From Promethearchaeota archaeon (GTDB lineage Archaea > Asgardarchaeota > Lokiarchaeia > Sigyniarchaeales > SOKP01): a stretch of DNA of 41,466 bases. The translations under genes and the position numbers were made by a program. Of the stretch, positions 1 through 9,601 are shown one piece after another. Below the pieces are notes generated by a model. The model saw nothing but the letters and a program-made list of their open reading frames with translations. It was not told the origin of the DNA and did no database searches. Location: contig JAHLWP010000038.1 in assembly GCA_019057865.1 (NCBI GenBank), forward strand, positions 1 to 41,466. The letters run 5' to 3'. The number at the start of each line of letters is the position of its first letter. Position 1 is the stretch's first letter.

Positions 1-1519
1 ACTGGTTTAATCCCGAAAAAGGGAAGGCAACATGATCCTGGTTTTGTGGGTGTTGCTGTGGCAATTGGAGTCATGATAAAGCCCCCTGTCTCTGTTAACC
101 AATGTACGCGCTATGCGTCCATTTTTTGCCAGTAAGTATCGACAATGGGGCATTTCTCTTTTCCAACAACTTTGTGATACCAAGTCCAAGCCTCAGGATT
201 ATTCCCAAATACTTGAGAATTCCAAGTATTAATCGGTTCCCCGACTGTGCCTAGGACTTTTAAAGAACTTAAGTCATGTTTCTTAACTGGTTCATCACCA
301 TATCGCATTAGAGCACGTATAGCTGTAGGAGCGGTATAAATTCCCATTTGAGATTGAAATAATCTAAAATAATGAGTTACCTTATGATGTTCGACAATGT
401 CCCAAAACCTGTATCCGTCGATAGAGTAGAAAAACTCTATATCGTCTACGTCAGGATATGTTGGAACACCTTCGAACATCAAACTTGTCGCTCCATTAGC
501 TAACGGTCCGTATACTATGTAGGAATGTCCGGTAATCCAGCCTATATTTCAGCTAAACATAAGGAATTCTTATATTCATCTGCCGTACAATACCAGACAT
601 CACCTTCATGGTAATTAAATACGATTCTATGCGTAAATGACGTATATAATATATAACCTGCTGTTGTATGTTTAACACCTTTTGGTTTTCCAGTTGTTCC
701 ACTTGTATATAAAATAAATAAAGTATCCTCAGAATCCATTGCTTCAGATTCGCATTCATCGCTCATCCCTTCAATAAAATCGTGATACCAAATATCTTTA
801 TCAGTGTGGGGAACTTCTCTGCCAGATCGTTTTACTACGATAACATGCTCTATTGTTGGAACATCATCAATAATTTGAACCACATCTGCTATTTTTGAAT
901 AGAATTTCCCTGCTCTTAAGGTTTCATCGCTGGTGAATAAGAGTCGTGAGTCAGAATCATCGATTCGGCCCTTTACAGCTTCTTTTGAGAAACCACCAAA
1001 AACTATAGAATGAATAACTCCAAGGCGAGCACAAGCAAGCATTATTATTGCTAATTCAGGAACCATAGGTAACCAAATTGTTACACGATCTCCCTTTTTC
1101 AAACCAAGTTTTTTCATACCATTGGCAACTTTATTAACTTCTCTTAATAATTCTGTGTAAGTGTAGGTTTTAACATGTCCTGGCTCGTCAGCTTCCCAAA
1201 TAAGAGCCACCGTATCACCTTTTCCAGCTTTTATATGTCGATCTAAACAGTTGTAAGCAACATTTAGTTTTCCTCCGACAAACCATTTACCAGGAAACAA
1301 TTCTGTTTTTTCCCATACTTTTTCATAAGGCTCGAACCAGTCTAGAGATTTTGCTTGTTCATCCCAAAAACCTTCCATATCTTCAATTGATTGTTTGTAA
1401 AGTTTCTTATATTCTTCTAAAGACATGCCAGATTTAGCAAATTCCTTGTTTAACTTAATAGGATCAAAAATGCGTGTTTCAGTAAGAATACTTTCCATCT
1501 TTTTGTCTTCTTCAGACAT
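1..1519 (-). CDS. acs: Acetyl-CoA synthetase (AMP-forming), intron-containing; exons 580-1519, 446-547, 371-412, 232-340, 125-201, <1-94; 3' end runs off the window
   Basis: Motifs [22 protein letters not shown] and [13 protein letters not shown]. Removing five BHB introns gives one continuous frame: [60 protein letters not shown]...GEPINPEAW...DTYWQTETGG...KPGS. Confidence 0.95.
95..124 (-). other. Relaxed BHB micro-intron 5 in acs (30 nt, contains in-frame TAG)
   Basis: ggca-aa|a-aatggacgc-atagc-gcgtacatt-ggtt-aa|c-agag. Excision restores DTYWQTETGG. Boundary ambiguous by up to 2 nt (97-126 gives the same product); central helix is weak (G-U, G-U, C-G, A.G). Confidence 0.85.
202..231 (-). 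other. Relaxed BHB micro-intron 4 in acs (30 nt, in frame, no stop)
   Basis: accg-at|t-aatacttgg-aattc-tcaagtatt-tggg-aa|t-aatcct: 9-bp intron stem, central helix with an A.G mismatch. Excision restores GEPINPEAW. Boundary can slide a few nt because taat occurs at both ends. Confidence 0.85.
341..370 (-). other. BHB micro-intron 3 in acs (30 nt, in frame, no stop)
   Basis: ggtaa-ctca-tt|a-ttttagatt-atttc-aatctcaaa-tggg-aa|t-ttatacc: central helix ctca/tggg. Excision creates a TTT codon and restores KVTHFYTAPT. Confidence 0.87.
413..445 (-). other. BHB micro-intron 2 in acs (33 nt, in frame, no stop)
   Basis: cctg-acgt-ag|a-cgatatagag-tttttcta-ctctatcg-acgg-at|a-cagg: exon helix cctg/cagg, central helix with one A.G mismatch. 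Excision gives YPDVDRFW. Confidence 0.85.
548..579 (-). other. BHB micro-intron 1 in acs (32 nt, frameshifting)
   Basis: Minus strand ttgta-cggc-ag|a-tgaatataag-aattc-cttatgttta-gctg-aa|a-tatag: 4-bp central helix cggc/gctg, two 3-nt bulges, 10-bp intron stem. Excision restores GCA GAT ATA GGC TGG (A-D-I-G-W). Confidence 0.92.
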
Positions 1520-1762
1520 AACATTTCATTTCTTTGAATTTTATTATATTTGAATTATTTTATGTTATATTTTTTGTTAATACATTAAAAATTTTAAAGA
1601 TTCATGTTCAGTCTCATCGTAATTAAAATTATTATTTTAATAAGACGAGAATAAGTCAAAAAATAGATATATTAAATCATTTTTAAACATTTTATTTATA
1701 ATTTCAAAAAAAATATATAAAGCCATATAATAATATTTAAATTATTTGAATGATTATAATAT

Positions 1763-3046
1763 TTGATTATGGATGCTAAAAAGTTGAATGGGTATATTTC
1801 CAGATATTTAACCAAACTTAAATCAAGTGAAAACAACATCGAAGAATATTATCTAAAGAAATTGACTGGATTATCACTTGGGACTCAACTATATTGTTTA
1901 CTATCAATGTGTAAGTTGTTTGAAACTGATGAACAAAGAAATATGAGTGGAAGATTTAAACCAAATAATGTAATATTGGAACATGCAGATGTAAATCAGT
2001 TGACTAAAGAGAATATATTTGATTTGTTAAGATGCAAATAGTATAAATCTCTTAAACCACAGACTCAACAATTACATATTAGAAGAATAAGACAATATCT
2101 AAAACATTCTAAAAGAGATGATTTAGAAGAATTATTACCAAAAAAATTTAAAATTGACGCAAAACAACTGAGTAAAACTGACCTAATAACAAGAGATGAT
2201 TTAGAATTAATTTTTAAATTTAGTAATTTATGGGGAAGGACTTTAGTAATGGTGATGTATGAAGGGGCATTGAGACGAGATGAATTATTAAGTATTAGAA
2301 AGAAAGATATAAAATTTGAACGTGGATATGCTATATTAAAAATTGTTCAATCAAAAACTGCTAAAAGAGACATTCCATTAGTTGAAAGCATACCTTATTT
2401 GAAAGAATATTTTGATAATAACTATTTTGAGTCAAATGATTTAATATTTCCTTATAAAGAAGCACATTTTCTAAATATGTATCTTAATGACCTTAAAAAC
2501 AAAATAGCAAAGAAATATCCCGAATGGAAGAACAAAAAAATATATCCACATTTGTTTAGACATTCAAGATTGACAGAATTGGCTTTATCAAAACTTAATG
2601 AACCCCAATTGAGAAAAATAGCAGGGTGGACAGCAAATTCTGATATGCCTAAAATTTATTTTCATTTAGATGATAGTGATATAATTAGTATTATGACAAA
2701 TAATGCAGTACAAAAACCAGAACCAAAAAGCGTTAAATTAGTTATATGTCCCGTCTGTAATATTGAAAATACAGAGCAAAGTACTTTCTGTTGGAAATGT
2801 AATAATATACTCAATGAAGAAAAGAGAAAAGAAGCTGGAATACAATTAATTACGCAATCAGATGAAATAAGAGAACTAAAGAATAAATTGAATGGTATGG
2901 AGAAAATAATTTTAATGTTAGAGGGGTTGTATACTCATCAAATAATCAAAGATAAATACCCAGATATTGAAATTGATAAAGATATCAATGTAACAAATAT
3001 AATTACAAAAGAATTCAATAAAATGTTTGAAAAAGATAAGGAATAA
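1763..3046 (+). pseudogene. Tyrosine recombinase/integrase with C-terminal Zn ribbon, interrupted by one in-frame TAG at 2039-2041
   Basis: ORFs 1763-2041 and 2249-3046 share a frame that is open between them. Catalytic motifs YEGALRRDEL, SKT, HLFRHS, GW...MPKIYFH; CPVC...CWKC. Confidence 0.85.
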
Positions 3047-3091
3047 TTAATTTTTTTTGTACAATCATTTTCATTTCTTCTTTTTTGGTTC

Positions 3092-3571
3092 TTAGCTTCC
3101 TTTAGTTCTCCTTTCACAAATCAATTTATAAATACCAAAAACAAAACAAATTAAAGAGGGTATAAAAAAAATAAGAACAACAGGAACTATCAACAAATAA
3201 ATCAAAGAATACTTTAAAGCAAAAATAATTTGTGAAGTTAAGAACAGAGATGTAAAAATAAGAATTGGTAAGCTTACTGCAATAATTAAATAATATATAT
3301 ATCTCCTGTTATTACCATATAATGATTTATATTTTACTATACCATATAAACCAATAGGAATAAGAAATAAACTCACAAAAAACATCATATATATATAAAT
3401 TACTAATAATCCCAATACTAAGAATATCAATCCAATAATAAGTAATGCAATCGATAAATAGTATATTTGTTTATTTTTCTTATCGATCATTTTTATATCA
3501 TCAGAATTCATACCTTCACTCTCATCTTCCTTTTCAGAAATACTCTTCACCATGAATCTTAAATTATCCAA
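3092..3571 (-). CDS. Hypothetical membrane protein (about 4 TM)
   Basis: 159-aa ORF with four hydrophobic segments. Confidence 0.6.
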   Translation of the reverse strand: MDNLRFMVKSISEKEDESEGMNSDDIKMIDKKNKQIYYLSIALLIIGLIFLVLGLLVIYIYMMFFVSLFLIPIGLYGIVKYKSLYGNNRRYIYYLIIAVSLPILIFTSLFLTSQIIFALKYSLIYLLIVPVVLIFFIPSLICFVFGIYKLICERRTKGS

Positions 3572-3641
3572 TTTTGTAAATAATCCTATAATTATAATTT
3601 TGGATTATTTATAAATACATTTAATCATTCATATGAATTGG

Positions 3642-3671
3642 ATAATCATTTAGACATGTTTAGATGATTAT
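3642..3671. repeat. 30-bp imperfect palindrome
   Basis: ataatcattta-gacatgtt-tagatgattat; arms match at 10/11 positions. Confidence 0.7.
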
Positions 3672-3777
3672 TTTCGAGTTTTGAATCAATTTTTCAAAAA
3701 TCCCCGTACCCTTAATAGACAGATGATTGAAAAAAATGTATTTTTTTGTCCATATTATTTATCAAAAAAAAGTGAAA

Positions 3778-4137
3778 TTATACTGCTCCTAATATCTCTA
3801 TTATTGCTCTTAATGTCGTTAAATAATCTTGAGCCTGTCTTCTTGTTACACCAATTTTATTTATTGTATAATCATCTAAATCTTGAACAGACAAAGCATC
3901 TAAAAGACATAACATTCTCTGACAACCAAATTCCATATGTCTAAAATCAAACACTCTTGGCTTGGCAATCACTTTCTTTTCAAACTCAATCATATCAGAT
4001 GATATAATTTCAGCAAACTTAATTAATTTTTTGAAGCATTTTGTATTCATCTTTTTTATAGCATTGCTTCTTTTTTTATCTATTTTTTCTAACATCTTTA
4101 ACCCTCGTTTTACTTTTTCTTTCTTTGCCATAACCAA
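3778..4137 (-). CDS. Hypothetical protein, possible C-terminal HTH
   Basis: 119-aa ORF overlapping the upstream gene; INKIGVTRRQAQDYL resembles an HTH. Confidence 0.55.
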   Translation of the reverse strand: MVMAKKEKVKRGLKMLEKIDKKRSNAIKKMNTKCFKKLIKFAEIISSDMIEFEKKVIAKPRVFDFRHMEFGCQRMLCLLDALSVQDLDDYTINKIGVTRRQAQDYLTTLRAIIEILGAV

Positions 4138-4613
4138 TATTCGAAGTTGCCTGTTATTTTTCCAGCATGAATGGCGTTTTTATTGGTTTCTTTTTCGAAT
4201 TGGCACATTAGATTAGTTTTGGGCTTATTCCACACTTGTCCTTTTTTGTGTTTACTTTTTGGCTTACTCCGAGGTTGTCTTTTTTTATGTTGTGGCTTTC
4301 TTACTTTTGTTAATGGTATTTTATTCAACTCTACTTCTAATCTTTTAATCATATATTCTATATGTCTATTTATGTGAATTTGAACCCTTACTGGTAATTT
4401 ATTAAGAAATTTTGGATGATACTGGTTCATAACATTATAGACTAATTTTTGATAAATTTCTATTCTATAATATGATCTATCATAATATCCTTTAGCTGGT
4501 GGTTTAATTGGATTAATTGGTATCTTGATTTTTTCTCTTATATCAACTTTTTTATCTAAAACTCTATTTAAATGAATTATAATATCTTTAATTCCATGTA
4601 TAGCAGCCGATAT
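4110..4613 (-). CDS. Basic hypothetical protein, probably extending upstream of the called ATG (4430) to an ATA start
   Basis: Frame stays open for more than 60 protein-like codons upstream (ISAAIHGIKDIIIHLNRVLDKK...) with no ATG/GTG/TTG. Confidence 0.5.
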   Translation of the reverse strand: MSAAIHGIKDIIIHLNRVLDKKVDIREKIKIPINPIKPPAKGYYDRSYYRIEIYQKLVYNVMNQYHPKFLNKLPVRVQIHINRHIEYMIKRLEVELNKIPLTKVRKPQHKKRQPRSKPKSKHKKGQVWNKPKTNLMCQFEKETNKNAIHAGKITGNFEYWLWQRKKK

Positions 4614-4979
4614 AATAAATATAATAAATATGAAAGAATATTTGAGTTGAAATTAAGAAAAAAATTGTTTATTTAATTTTTTTATTATTAATTCTAAATC
4701 TTAGAGAAGATTAAAAGAATTATGATATATATTGAATTATTGTTGGGTATTCTATTATTATAATTTAGAGTGTAGTGTTAGAAGTTAAATAATAAGTTAT
4801 ATATCTTTCGAGTATCGGGAAATAACAGGTATTTTTGAATATGTTCTTAATTTTTTATAATATATAATTATTGATATTTATTTGAAAAGAATCGATGAAA
4901 AAATAGGTAAAAAATAGATTTTTTGAAAATTTCAAATATATTTTTCAAAATTAATTTAAATACAGATCTTAAACTTAAA

Positions 4980-5369
4980 CTAATCTTTTTTTGAAACCTT
5001 TTGGGAAATATCTGTTGGATATTCTCTTTCTTTATAATTCTCAAATCTCTTTAGTGTATCATTTATATTCTCTAATCTATATTCTAAATCATCAATTTTA
5101 TCGACAATTTTTGCAAGATTCGTATCAGGTCCTTCAATAATATTCTTAGCACTTTTTCTATTATCTGCTTTTATAGCTAACTTATGAACAGCATCATCAA
5201 ATACTTTCCGATCAATTTCATTTTTGCGAAATTTTTCAATTTTCTTAGCGAGTTTATTGATTTTCCAATTACTTAATATATACTTAATAGCAGCGACCGA
5301 CGTAATAAATAATAAAATTAAGGAAATTATTTGAACAATTAAATTAAGAACTTCAATTTCAAGTGTCAT
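4980..5369 (-). CDS. Hypothetical protein, N-terminal TM plus coiled coil
   Basis: 129-aa ORF with a hydrophobic N-terminus. Confidence 0.6.
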   Translation of the reverse strand: MTLEIEVLNLIVQIISLILLFITSVAAIKYILSNWKINKLAKKIEKFRKNEIDRKVFDDAVHKLAIKADNRKSAKNIIEGPDTNLAKIVDKIDDLEYRLENINDTLKRFENYKEREYPTDISQKVSKKD

Positions 5370-5510
5370 TTTTAAAAAGTGGATAATTTGTTTTTTAGTT
5401 AATAAATTATTGAAATGCTATTTAATAATTGTTATTAATTGAGAAATTATTCAAGTCTTTACCTTCATCAGATAAATTAAATCGTTTGTAAAAGTCTTTA
5501 AACACTAATT

Positions 5511-5655
5511 TTAATTTTCTGACTTTTCTTCAGAATCAAGAATTTCTTTAGCTTTATCTCTAAGAATTTCATTAAGAAATTCAGCTGTTGACCTATAACC
5601 CAATTCAGGATGGTTATTCAAATACTTCTTAAAAACTTCAAATATTCTACGATTA
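5511..5655 (-). pseudogene. Ribbon-helix-helix (CopG-like) gene remnant
   Basis: IFEVFKKYLNNHPELGYRSTAEFLNEILRDKAKEILDSEEKSEN* aligns by eye with the ORF at 11084-11260; no N-terminal strand or canonical start in frame. Confidence 0.55.
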
Positions 5656-5744
5656 TTTTAGAATCACAAATACATAAAAAATTAAAATTAATATATCTTA
5701 AATTATTGTAAGATAAAAAAGACAAAAAATGGAAGTGAAATTAT

Positions 5745-6512
5745 TTGGAGCTTGAAAATATTTTTAATATTGGATGCCTTTTGGGGAATTGTAAAATATG
5801 GACAATATCACCTAAACCTTTTGACTCTCCTTTTTATCAGACAATACTAATCCCTTTAAATATACTAAAAAACAAATTAGAAAATTTAGAAATCCAAGAA
5901 TATGGTAATGAGGTAATAGATATTCTTAAACAAAAAAAAGACAATGAAGAAGAACTGAGTAAAAAAGATATTGAGAAATTAAATAAACGCCTAAAACAAT
6001 TACTTAAAGAATTAATAGAAAATTTAATTAAAAGAATTCCTATTTGGGAAGACAGAATTATTAATGAGTTGATTAAAATTAAAGTAGTGAAGTTATCTAC
6101 TGATACAATTCTAAATCCAGAAAAACTTTCACTTGGAGCAGAATTATTTTTCGATATAAAAATTTGGGATAAAATGTCAAATCTTGAGAAAGATGACTTA
6201 GATGACGGTTGTCGGTGTATTTCATTACAAGCGTGGACTCCAGCTGCGATGATTACAATGAGGGTTATAGAATCGGTTTTAAGAAATTATTACCAGAAAA
6301 TTACTTCAAATGATCCAGTAGGTAAAATGTGGGGATCTATGTTAATTGAATTGAAAAATCATCAATCTGCTAATCAAAAATTAGTTGAATATTTTGATTA
6401 TCTTAAAGATATTAGAAATTCAATCCAACATCCTGATGTAAGATTTTCACAATTTGAAGCTGAAGATACTTTTCATCATGCAATTCATATTTTAAATACA
6501 TTTTATTCTTAA
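5745..6512 (+). CDS. Hypothetical protein with C-terminal HEPN/DUF4145-like domain
   Basis: AAMITMRVIESVLR helix and an Rx4H motif (RNSIQH). Confidence 0.6.
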   Translation: MELENIFNIGCLLGNCKIWTISPKPFDSPFYQTILIPLNILKNKLENLEIQEYGNEVIDILKQKKDNEEELSKKDIEKLNKRLKQLLKELIENLIKRIPIWEDRIINELIKIKVVKLSTDTILNPEKLSLGAELFFDIKIWDKMSNLEKDDLDDGCRCISLQAWTPAAMITMRVIESVLRNYYQKITSNDPVGKMWGSMLIELKNHQSANQKLVEYFDYLKDIRNSIQHPDVRFSQFEAEDTFHHAIHILNTFYS

Positions 6513-7210
6513 TTTTATATACATTTTTTTACTTTTATTTTATAATATGTTTTAATTAGCAGGGAAGAAACTAACAAAAAAATTTTTAGTCAGTATTTTT
6601 CGCAACAATAAATTATTATTATGATATATTCATTTCAACGCCAAATTCAGTTTCAAGATTTAATCTTGAAGTTGAAATTTCATCAACTATTTTTATTGAT
6701 GGGCTATCTATTTTTAAAATCTTCTGTTTAACTAATAAATTCAAACTTGAATTAATAATGGATTATCGAAACATCATTCAAAAAAAATATGTACAAATTG
6801 ATGATAGATTGAAAATTTTTGGAATGAATTATATTTATTCTTTGTTCTAAAAATTCTAAATTTTTTTGCCTTATCCACTTCAATTTCTTGATATTAATTT
6901 TTTGATAAAATCGTGTTTTTGACATTCTCACACTGTCTACTCTTTTAAATTAACATAAAATACACCATCGAGTAGACACGGTCTAATCCCTATGTAATCG
7001 ATTTTTTATTTAATATATATATTTTGGAGATCAAACTATATGAAATAAAGAATTTTAGTTTTCATATAAATCCAAATCTGTTTGTAGATTAACTGAAAAG
7101 CTACATGAACATATGGATTTATATATGATAACATTTTCTAATTATTTAATAAAATTTATTTTAAAAACCAATGATTAAAATAATCAAAATTAAAGTTGGA
7201 GGTATAGAAT

Positions 7211-7621
7211 ATGACAAAAAATGAAAAAGAAGTAAAAAAGAAAGTCCAATTGACTCTTAACGGTTTAAAAACTGGTATGGTCATTAAAGATTTGCACGGG
7301 GAAGATGTAGAAATCACAGAAAATTTAGTGGAACAGATGAAAGCATTTGAAAAAGATACTAAGAAATCAGCGATTTGGAGAAATAGAATAACAGGGAACT
7401 TCTTATTGTACAAATGGACAAAAGAAAATCCAGAAGAGAAGAAAATTAAAGAAGTTATTGAGGAAGAGTTAGAGGAAGCAATAGAGGAAGAAGTAAAAGA
7501 CGAAGAAAATATGTTATTGGATTGTATTGCTGATTATAAAGTAGAATATAATGTAAAGACGGTTAAAACAGATTCCAAAAAGTTCAAAGCCTTTTTTGAG
7601 AAATGGAAGAAAGAGAATTAA
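7211..7621 (+). CDS. Hypothetical charged protein
   Basis: 136-aa ORF, GGAGGT SD upstream, T-tract downstream. Confidence 0.7.
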   Translation: MTKNEKEVKKKVQLTLNGLKTGMVIKDLHGEDVEITENLVEQMKAFEKDTKKSAIWRNRITGNFLLYKWTKENPEEKKIKEVIEEELEEAIEEEVKDEENMLLDCIADYKVEYNVKTVKTDSKKFKAFFEKWKKEN

Positions 7622-7943
7622 TTTTTTTTCTTCAAACAAATTGTTTTATATTATTAGTTATTCTTTTTTTGCTTTTGTAGCCTTTTTTCTAAAAGTTCTA
7701 ATTCTTAAATATTTTTGTAGAAATCGTGTTTTTTTCTCTCAAATTAGAATAAAAATGAAGATTTAAATTAACTAGTTTTATTATATTAATGTCTTTATAG
7801 AGCTCTCTATAAGAATCCCTATAAGAATATATTTTAATTAAATTACAAAAACTAACAATTAAATTAATTTTTTTTATTGTAAGATGTTTGAAATTATCAA
7901 ACTCCAATTAAAATAAAAATATAAAAGAGGAAGTGATAAATAA

Positions 7944-8264
7944 ATGTATTTTAAATTACATGGAAGAAGATTCATATTATTAGGAATATGGTTATTTTTA
8001 ATGAGTTTATTAATATTTATATGGTTTATTAATTATTTTATCATAAATATTTTGTTATACTGTATAATTTTTATAGTATGTGCTGGAGTTCTTTTAATAA
8101 AAATAATAAATTCCTTTAAAATTAGTATTGATTGTATACATCTCCCTCTTTTTTTTATAATCCCTTTTATTATTATATGGTTTGTTTGGTATTTTTATGA
8201 TTTTATAATTTTTAATATAATTTTTGTTATATGTGATTTAATAATTGTAATAAAAATCTATTAA
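7944..8264 (+). CDS. Hypothetical membrane protein
   Basis: Hydrophobic 106-aa ORF with GAGGAAGTGA SD. Confidence 0.5.
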   Translation: MYFKLHGRRFILLGIWLFLMSLLIFIWFINYFIINILLYCIIFIVCAGVLLIKIINSFKISIDCIHLPLFFIIPFIIIWFVWYFYDFIIFNIIFVICDLIIVIKIY

Positions 8265-8325
8265 TATTTTATTTAAAAGACATTCAAAATTTTCTTTTCT
8301 AAGAAGTGGATAATAAAAAAAGGAG

Positions 8326-8847
8326 GTGATAAAAAGGGTGAGTGAAATAAAAATATCTAATAACGATATAGGCATATCTGGTGAATTCTATATAGCACAT
8401 GTATTAGCTAAGCATGGATTTAAAGTTAATGTGTCATTAGGCAGAACAGAAGGATTTGATTTATTTGTCCAGAATCCAAATGGTGTGAATATAACTATTT
8501 CAGTTAAGACCACTCGGTTAAAGACAAGTAAGTCCTTTATAATGGGGAAAAGAGCTGATACATTAATTAACGAATATTTATTCTATGCTTTTGTTAGGTT
8601 AAATCTACCAGATGATATTCCAGAATTTTGGATAATTCCCTCTACAGTGGTTGCACCTATGATTAGAGAATCACATTTAATCTGGTTGAAAACACCAGGA
8701 AAGAATGGTGTAGCACATAAAGACACTTCAATGAGGGTATTACATTTGGATAATCATCAACTTTTCCCTAAAAACTGGGAAGAACAATTAGTTCGTTTTA
8801 AAAGTAATATAGAATCATTAAAAGAATTAAAACCAAACAGGAGGTGA
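8326..8847 (+). CDS. PD-(D/E)XK-family endonuclease-like protein (true start may be GTG at 8338)
   Basis: GISGEFYIAHVL...GFDL...ISVKT restriction-fold signature. Confidence 0.7.
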   Translation: MIKRVSEIKISNNDIGISGEFYIAHVLAKHGFKVNVSLGRTEGFDLFVQNPNGVNITISVKTTRLKTSKSFIMGKRADTLINEYLFYAFVRLNLPDDIPEFWIIPSTVVAPMIRESHLIWLKTPGKNGVAHKDTSMRVLHLDNHQLFPKNWEEQLVRFKSNIESLKELKPNRR

Positions 8848-8851
8848 TAAA

Positions 8852-9115
8852 ATGAGTAGAACTATAAGACCATTGCCGATAGGATTATTAGTTGTGTTTG
8901 TAGTTATTGGTGTTGTATTTTTTATTAGTGCTGCTTATTGGAACTGGATTATGAGTGAACAAGAAATTAAAGAACTTATTAAATTAGATACTACGGGATT
9001 TAGTAAGAATTTAGTTGATTTCTTTTTCTCATTCTTCATAGCTATGGGGATTATTTTCTTAGTACTTGGATTAATATTATATCTAATGAGCTTTGAATAT
9101 GAATGGAGAGATTAA
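8852..9115 (+). CDS. Small 2-TM membrane protein
   Basis: GGAGGTGA SD and two hydrophobic helices. Confidence 0.6.
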   Translation: MSRTIRPLPIGLLVVFVVIGVVFFISAAYWNWIMSEQEIKELIKLDTTGFSKNLVDFFFSFFIAMGIIFLVLGLILYLMSFEYEWRD

Positions 9116-9121
9116 AATGAG

Positions 9122-9571
9122 GTGAGAAAAATATCAGAAACGCCTGAAATTGAAATAATATTAAATAGTGAAGAATTAGATTGGTTAGATTATGGAAATG
9201 GTTTTTGTTCTTTAGATGATTTACCCAGAAAAGATTATAATGATATTTCTTGGGCTGTAAAAGAAAAATTAAGAGTTTCATATACAAAAGAAGCAGAGCT
9301 AAAAGATGAATATAAAATAAAACTAACAAAAAAAGAAATTGATTATATCCAAGAAATCCTTACAGATTTAATCTGTGATGAATATCATTACTGGAATAAT
9401 TCAATAATAAATCTTGATAAATCAGAAATAAAAGTGAAATTAGTTTACCAAGAAACTCTTAATGAAATTATTGAATCTATACCTATGACTAACAAGATTT
9501 TTAAAAAATTAGGAATACCAATTCTTACATTAGATTTTATTAAAAACAAACCAGAATACCAAGAAAATTAA
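9122..9571 (+). CDS. Hypothetical protein
   Basis: 149-aa ORF in an operon-like run. Confidence 0.6.
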   Translation: MRKISETPEIEIILNSEELDWLDYGNGFCSLDDLPRKDYNDISWAVKEKLRVSYTKEAELKDEYKIKLTKKEIDYIQEILTDLICDEYHYWNNSIINLDKSEIKVKLVYQETLNEIIESIPMTNKIFKKLGIPILTLDFIKNKPEYQEN

Positions 9572-9601
9572 ATTACAAATAGAGGAGGTGGTTAAAAAAG
9601 A

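Noticed and set aside
95-579. Spliceosomal, group I/II introns or inteins in acs
   Set aside because: No GT-AG ends, far too short for ribozymes or inteins, and two disrupt translation by frameshift or stop.
1-1519. acs as an ordinary pseudogene or a product of sequencing error
   Set aside because: All five lesions are similar-sized hairpin insertions with BHB geometry whose removal restores conserved residues, and the exons carry no other damage.
2015-2055. BHB intron removing the integrase TAG
   Set aside because: Only a weak hairpin, and the region aligns without gaps to the second integrase with Trp at this position.
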